From an uncultured Verrucomicrobiae bacterium (GTDB lineage: Bacteria; Verrucomicrobiota; Verrucomicrobiia; Limisphaerales; Palsa-1400): DNA of 64,000 nt. This document shows, piece by piece, positions 60,259-64,000 of the stretch. Within the stretch, counting starts at the first letter, position 1, and each line of letters starts with the position of its first letter. The stretch spans positions 2,304,001 through 2,368,000 of the forward strand of contig CAVXRD010000002.1 of assembly GCA_963764165.1 (NCBI GenBank), in the 5' to 3' direction. The notes beneath the pieces are model-generated. The model ran no database searches. It saw only the letters and a list, made by a program, of their open reading frames with translations, and had not been told where the DNA came from. The translations under genes were made by a program, and so were the position numbers.

Positions 60259-61719
60259 ATGATCACCGTTCGCAGCTGGGGAATTTACGCGATGCTGGCG
60301 GCCATTTGGGGCGGCCTGCTGGGGTGGCAGGCGGCTGAGCACCTGCGTGTCCGCAAACAACTGCACGATCATTTGACAGACGTCGCCCACGCGAAGGTCG
60401 ACAGCTATGCCAAGCTCATGCGCTCCCGGAGGTTTTCCGGCGGCGTCATCGGCAAGGAGCGGCTCGAGGGCGCCCTGGACATGATGGTCGACAACCTGGA
60501 AATCCGGGCCGTCGAACTGCTCAATAACGCCAATCATGTCGTCGCCGCCGCTGGCGCGACCAATTTTTCGCTCCCGCCCGACAATGAATTCAACCACGCC
60601 GCCTACTTCGGCGGTGGCACGGCGATTCTGAAGTATCCGATGGATTTGGGGACAAACCTCGGCACGAATCTCATGGCCGAACTTATTATTCCCGGCGAAG
60701 AATTCCGCTCTCTCAACAGCAATTTGCTGGCGGCCGCTTCCAACACGATTCCTTCCATTCCCGCCACCACCAATCGTCCACCGCGCGGCGAGCGTCCGCG
60801 TTTTGATCTTAGCCACGAGCGGCCATACTGGATGACGGAGGATCAATACACTCGTTTAATTGACAGCAAAACAGCCCACACGTTTGTGGTGGTGCTTGCC
60901 GCCGGGCAGACCATTGAGGCGGAGCACAGTGATCTTTTGACCCGCATTGTTGTTTGCCTGCTGGGCACCATTGGAATAGCCGGTTACGCGGTGGGATGGC
61001 GCGCGATGGTTAAGACTTCCGAGCTGCAAGTGCGCCTCGTGCGGGCGAGCGAGCAGAACACGCACTTGAAGGAATTGAGCGTGGCCGCCGCCGGGCTGGC
61101 CCACGAAACGCGCAACCCCCTTAACATCATTCGCGGCCTCGCCCAGCTTATCGGCAAGCAATCGGGCGTGCCGCCGGAAATTTCCTCCAAGGCGCACGAA
61201 ATCGTCGATGAAACCGACCGCGTCACAGCGCAGTTGAACGAGTTCATCAATTACTCGCGCCCGCGCGAAGTCCGCCGCGCGCCGACAGATCTCGCGGCAG
61301 TGGCGGGAGAAGTTGCGCACGCGTTGAAATTCGACATCGAAGAAAAAAAGATTCAGCTCGAAGTGCTGGTCGAATCGGTGGTCATCGAAGCCGACGAACA
61401 GCTTTTGCGCCAGGCGCTTTTCAATCTTGTGTTGAACTCGATCCAAGCCGCCCGCCCCGCAGGCGTCATTCGCGTCCGCGCCAGCCGCCGCAGCACCGAG
61501 GAGGCGTTTATCGAAATCTCCGACAACGGCCCCGGAGTGCCCGTGGAAAATCGGGCCGAGATTTTCAAACCGTATTTTACAACCCACGCGGAAGGCACCG
61601 GACTTGGGCTGGCCGTCGTGCAGCAAATTGTGCTCGCTCACGGCTGGGAAATCGAATGCTTGGGCAACGAGCCGGCGGGTGCGCTTTTCCGGATTTCCCA
61701 CGTGAAATTGAAAACATAA
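60259..61719 (+). CDS. Membrane sensor histidine kinase
   Basis: Two TM helices; AGLAHETRNPL H-box, NLVLNSIQA, DNGPG, PYFTT, GTGLGL. Confidence 0.95.
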   Translation: MITVRSWGIYAMLAAIWGGLLGWQAAEHLRVRKQLHDHLTDVAHAKVDSYAKLMRSRRFSGGVIGKERLEGALDMMVDNLEIRAVELLNNANHVVAAAGATNFSLPPDNEFNHAAYFGGGTAILKYPMDLGTNLGTNLMAELIIPGEEFRSLNSNLLAAASNTIPSIPATTNRPPRGERPRFDLSHERPYWMTEDQYTRLIDSKTAHTFVVVLAAGQTIEAEHSDLLTRIVVCLLGTIGIAGYAVGWRAMVKTSELQVRLVRASEQNTHLKELSVAAAGLAHETRNPLNIIRGLAQLIGKQSGVPPEISSKAHEIVDETDRVTAQLNEFINYSRPREVRRAPTDLAAVAGEVAHALKFDIEEKKIQLEVLVESVVIEADEQLLRQALFNLVLNSIQAARPAGVIRVRASRRSTEEAFIEISDNGPGVPVENRAEIFKPYFTTHAEGTGLGLAVVQQIVLAHGWEIECLGNEPAGALFRISHVKLKT

Positions 61720-61735
61720 TTGCAAAAAGGAACCC

Positions 61736-63130
61736 ATGCCGCCGGCACCGCCAGATCACCATCCAGACTCGCCCCGCCTTCTCATCGTGGACGATGATGC
61801 CGGCCAGCGCAGTCTGCTGAATTCGTTTCTGGCCAGCCAGGGTTTTGACACTGTGCCCGTTTCCACCGGCCAGCGCGCCCTCGAAATTTTGCGCGAGCAA
61901 AAAATCGACATGATGATTTCCGATGTCCGCATGCCCGGCTTGACCGGCTTGGAGACGCTGCGGCTGGCGCGCAAGGAGCACGGCTCATTTCCAATCCTGC
62001 TGGTCACTGCCTACGCAGACGTCCGCGACGCGGTCGGCGCGATGCGCGATGGCGCTGTCAATTATCTTTCCAAGCCCATCGACCTTGATGAGCTGCTCGT
62101 TTCCGTCCGGCAGGCGACCGGCCTCTCGCAAACCACGCCGCTGAAATTTGACAAGAACAAGCAGTTGCCGGCGAACATCATTGCGGCCAGCCCGCTGATG
62201 CAGGCGCTGTTCCAGGATATTTCGCTCATCGCGGCTTCCGAAAGCCGTGTGCTGATCACGGGAGAGAGTGGCGCCGGCAAGGAAGTCGTGGCCGATGTCA
62301 TTCACGCCTGGAGCACGCGCGCGGCGGGCGCGTTGATCAAAGTCAACTGCGCCGCCATCCCGGAAACGCTGCTCGAGAGTGAATTGTTCGGGCACGAAAA
62401 AGGCGCCTTCACCGGCGCCACCGCACAGCGCAAAGGCCGCTTTGAAATGGCGGACGGCGGCACCATCTTTCTCGACGAAATCGCCGACATGGCCCCCCAG
62501 CTCCAGGCCAAGCTGCTGCGCGTCGCGCAAAACGGCAGCTTCCAGCGCATCGGCTCCAACACGGAAATTCATTCGGACGCGCGCATTCTCGCCGCGACCA
62601 ATCGCCACCTTGAAGATGAAGTGAAAGCAGGGCGGTTTCGCGAGGATTTGTTCTGGCGCCTGAATGTGGCCGAGCTGACCGTCCCGCCGCTGCGCGAACG
62701 GCGTGAAGATATTCTTCCTCTCGCGCATTCGATGCTCGCCTCGCTGACGCAGAATCACGCCCGGCTTTCCGCCGCCGTTTCCAACTGTTTGGAAAATTAC
62801 GCCTGGCCGGGAAACGTCCGCGAGCTTCGCAACGCGATGGAGCGCGCGGCGCTGCTGTGCCGCGGCGACCTGATTGTGCTCGAACATTTGCCCGCGCGCA
62901 TTCGTCCGGGGGCATCGGCCTCCATCACGCTCGCCACCACCGAGGCCAAGAGCCTGGATGATGTGGAATCGCAGGCCGTCTTGCAGGCCCTGCGCAAAAA
63001 TGATTTCAATCGCACCGCCACCGCCAAGGCTTTGGGCATCAGCCGCCGCGCTTTAATCTACAAGCTGCAGCGCCTGCGTGAACAAGGCCATGTCGTCGAC
63101 GGCCCCTCCAAAACCGACACGAACACATAA
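61736..63130 (+). CDS. Sigma54-dependent response regulator (NtrC family)
   Basis: Receiver (VDDD, SDVRMPG), GESGAGKE, ESELFGHEKGAFTGA, WPGNVREL, Fis-type HTH. Confidence 0.96.
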   Translation: MPPAPPDHHPDSPRLLIVDDDAGQRSLLNSFLASQGFDTVPVSTGQRALEILREQKIDMMISDVRMPGLTGLETLRLARKEHGSFPILLVTAYADVRDAVGAMRDGAVNYLSKPIDLDELLVSVRQATGLSQTTPLKFDKNKQLPANIIAASPLMQALFQDISLIAASESRVLITGESGAGKEVVADVIHAWSTRAAGALIKVNCAAIPETLLESELFGHEKGAFTGATAQRKGRFEMADGGTIFLDEIADMAPQLQAKLLRVAQNGSFQRIGSNTEIHSDARILAATNRHLEDEVKAGRFREDLFWRLNVAELTVPPLRERREDILPLAHSMLASLTQNHARLSAAVSNCLENYAWPGNVRELRNAMERAALLCRGDLIVLEHLPARIRPGASASITLATTEAKSLDDVESQAVLQALRKNDFNRTATAKALGISRRALIYKLQRLREQGHVVDGPSKTDTNT

Positions 63131-63159
63131 CAAAAAACGTAAGCATGAAAGGACCTGTA

Positions 63160-63888
63160 ATGAAATCTCTATTAGCGTATTCCGTGGCATTCTTCGCCGC
63201 CGCCTCATTGATGGCGGCCGACAAGGATGATGTGACAAGCGCCGCCCAGAAATTGGCCGCCGCCGACAATTATAGCTGGACCACGACGACCGAGGGCGGC
63301 CGCGGACCCGGCGGCCCAATGGAAGCCAAAACCCAGAAGGACGGCCTCATCTGGACGAAAATGACCAGGGGCGAAAACACGATGGAAGCTTACATCAAGA
63401 GTGGCAAAGCTGCCTACAAGGGCGCGGATGGCTGGACAAATGCTGACCTGACCGCAACTCCTCAACGCGGCGGCGGAAATGGTGGCGGTGGCGGCGGCGG
63501 TGGTCGCGGGGCCCGGAATCTGGCCATGGCCTTGCGCAATCTGAAGGCCCCCTCCTCGGAAGTCACCGATCTGATCGGCAAGACCAAGGAAATCGCCAAG
63601 GTCGGCGACGCCTACGCGGGTGATCTTACCGAAGAGGGCGCGAAGTCGATGTTGACGATGGGCGGGGGACGCCGGGGCGGCGCGGCGCCCGCCATTTCGG
63701 GCGCCAAGGGTTCCGTCAAGTTCTGGATCAAGGACGGCATCATCACCAAGTATCAAGTGAAAGTCTCCGGCACGGTCACCTTCAACGGCAATGACAACGA
63801 CGTTGATCGCACCACCACCGTTGAAATCAAAGACGTCGGCACAACCAAGATCACTGTGCCGGACGAAGCCAAGAGCAAATTGAGCTAA
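63160..63888 (+). CDS. Secreted Gly-rich hypothetical protein
   Basis: Signal MKSLLAYSVAFFAAASLMA; GGRG tracts; beta-rich C-terminus (GSVKFWIKDG..KYQ). Confidence 0.82.
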   Translation: MKSLLAYSVAFFAAASLMAADKDDVTSAAQKLAAADNYSWTTTTEGGRGPGGPMEAKTQKDGLIWTKMTRGENTMEAYIKSGKAAYKGADGWTNADLTATPQRGGGNGGGGGGGGRGARNLAMALRNLKAPSSEVTDLIGKTKEIAKVGDAYAGDLTEEGAKSMLTMGGGRRGGAAPAISGAKGSVKFWIKDGIITKYQVKVSGTVTFNGNDNDVDRTTTVEIKDVGTTKITVPDEAKSKLS

Positions 63889-63924
63889 GGCGATGGTTTT
63901 CGCGTCAATCATGCGACGAAAATT

Positions 63925-64000
63925 ATGAAGTCACTTCTCGCCTGCTCCGCCGCCCTTTTTGCCGCCGCGTCTCTAATGGCGGCGGACAAGGACGACGTCA
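63925..64000 (+). CDS. 5' end of a tandem paralog of the preceding gene (truncated by window)
   Basis: MKSLLACSAALFAAASLMAADKDDV vs MKSLLAYSVAFFAAASLMAADKDDV. Confidence 0.8.
   Translation, partial: MKSLLACSAALFAAASLMAADKDDV

Overview
GC-rich bacterial chromosome segment; the gene repertoire and repeat styles suggest Verrucomicrobiota (inference). It carries housekeeping genes (gyrB-gyrA, hemB, carA, a lone nuoA, glgX-yciF, rpsO-pnp, uppS-cdsA) and several secreted or membrane proteins. Two accessory patches (about 25-31 kb and 39.6-44 kb) hold toxin-antitoxin genes and remnants of a REP-associated (Y1/HUH) transposase. A ~17 kb sigma54-type locus at 47-64 kb encodes a type II secretion/pseudopilus system with a secretin split into two genes, a two-component system and Gly-rich secreted proteins. 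Many intergenic spaces contain nested REP-doublet/MITE-like palindromes. Most notable: (1) the same palindromic elements sit in-frame inside the cleavable prepilin leader peptides of two pseudopilins; (2) a 169-bp internally deleted RAYT-like mini-element, whose end motif recurs between small cargo genes; (3) an ECF sigma factor fused to a membrane domain and a TPR-like domain ending in a CxxCH heme motif. No rRNA, tRNA or CRISPR array was recognised. All family assignments are by motif recognition; no searches were run.
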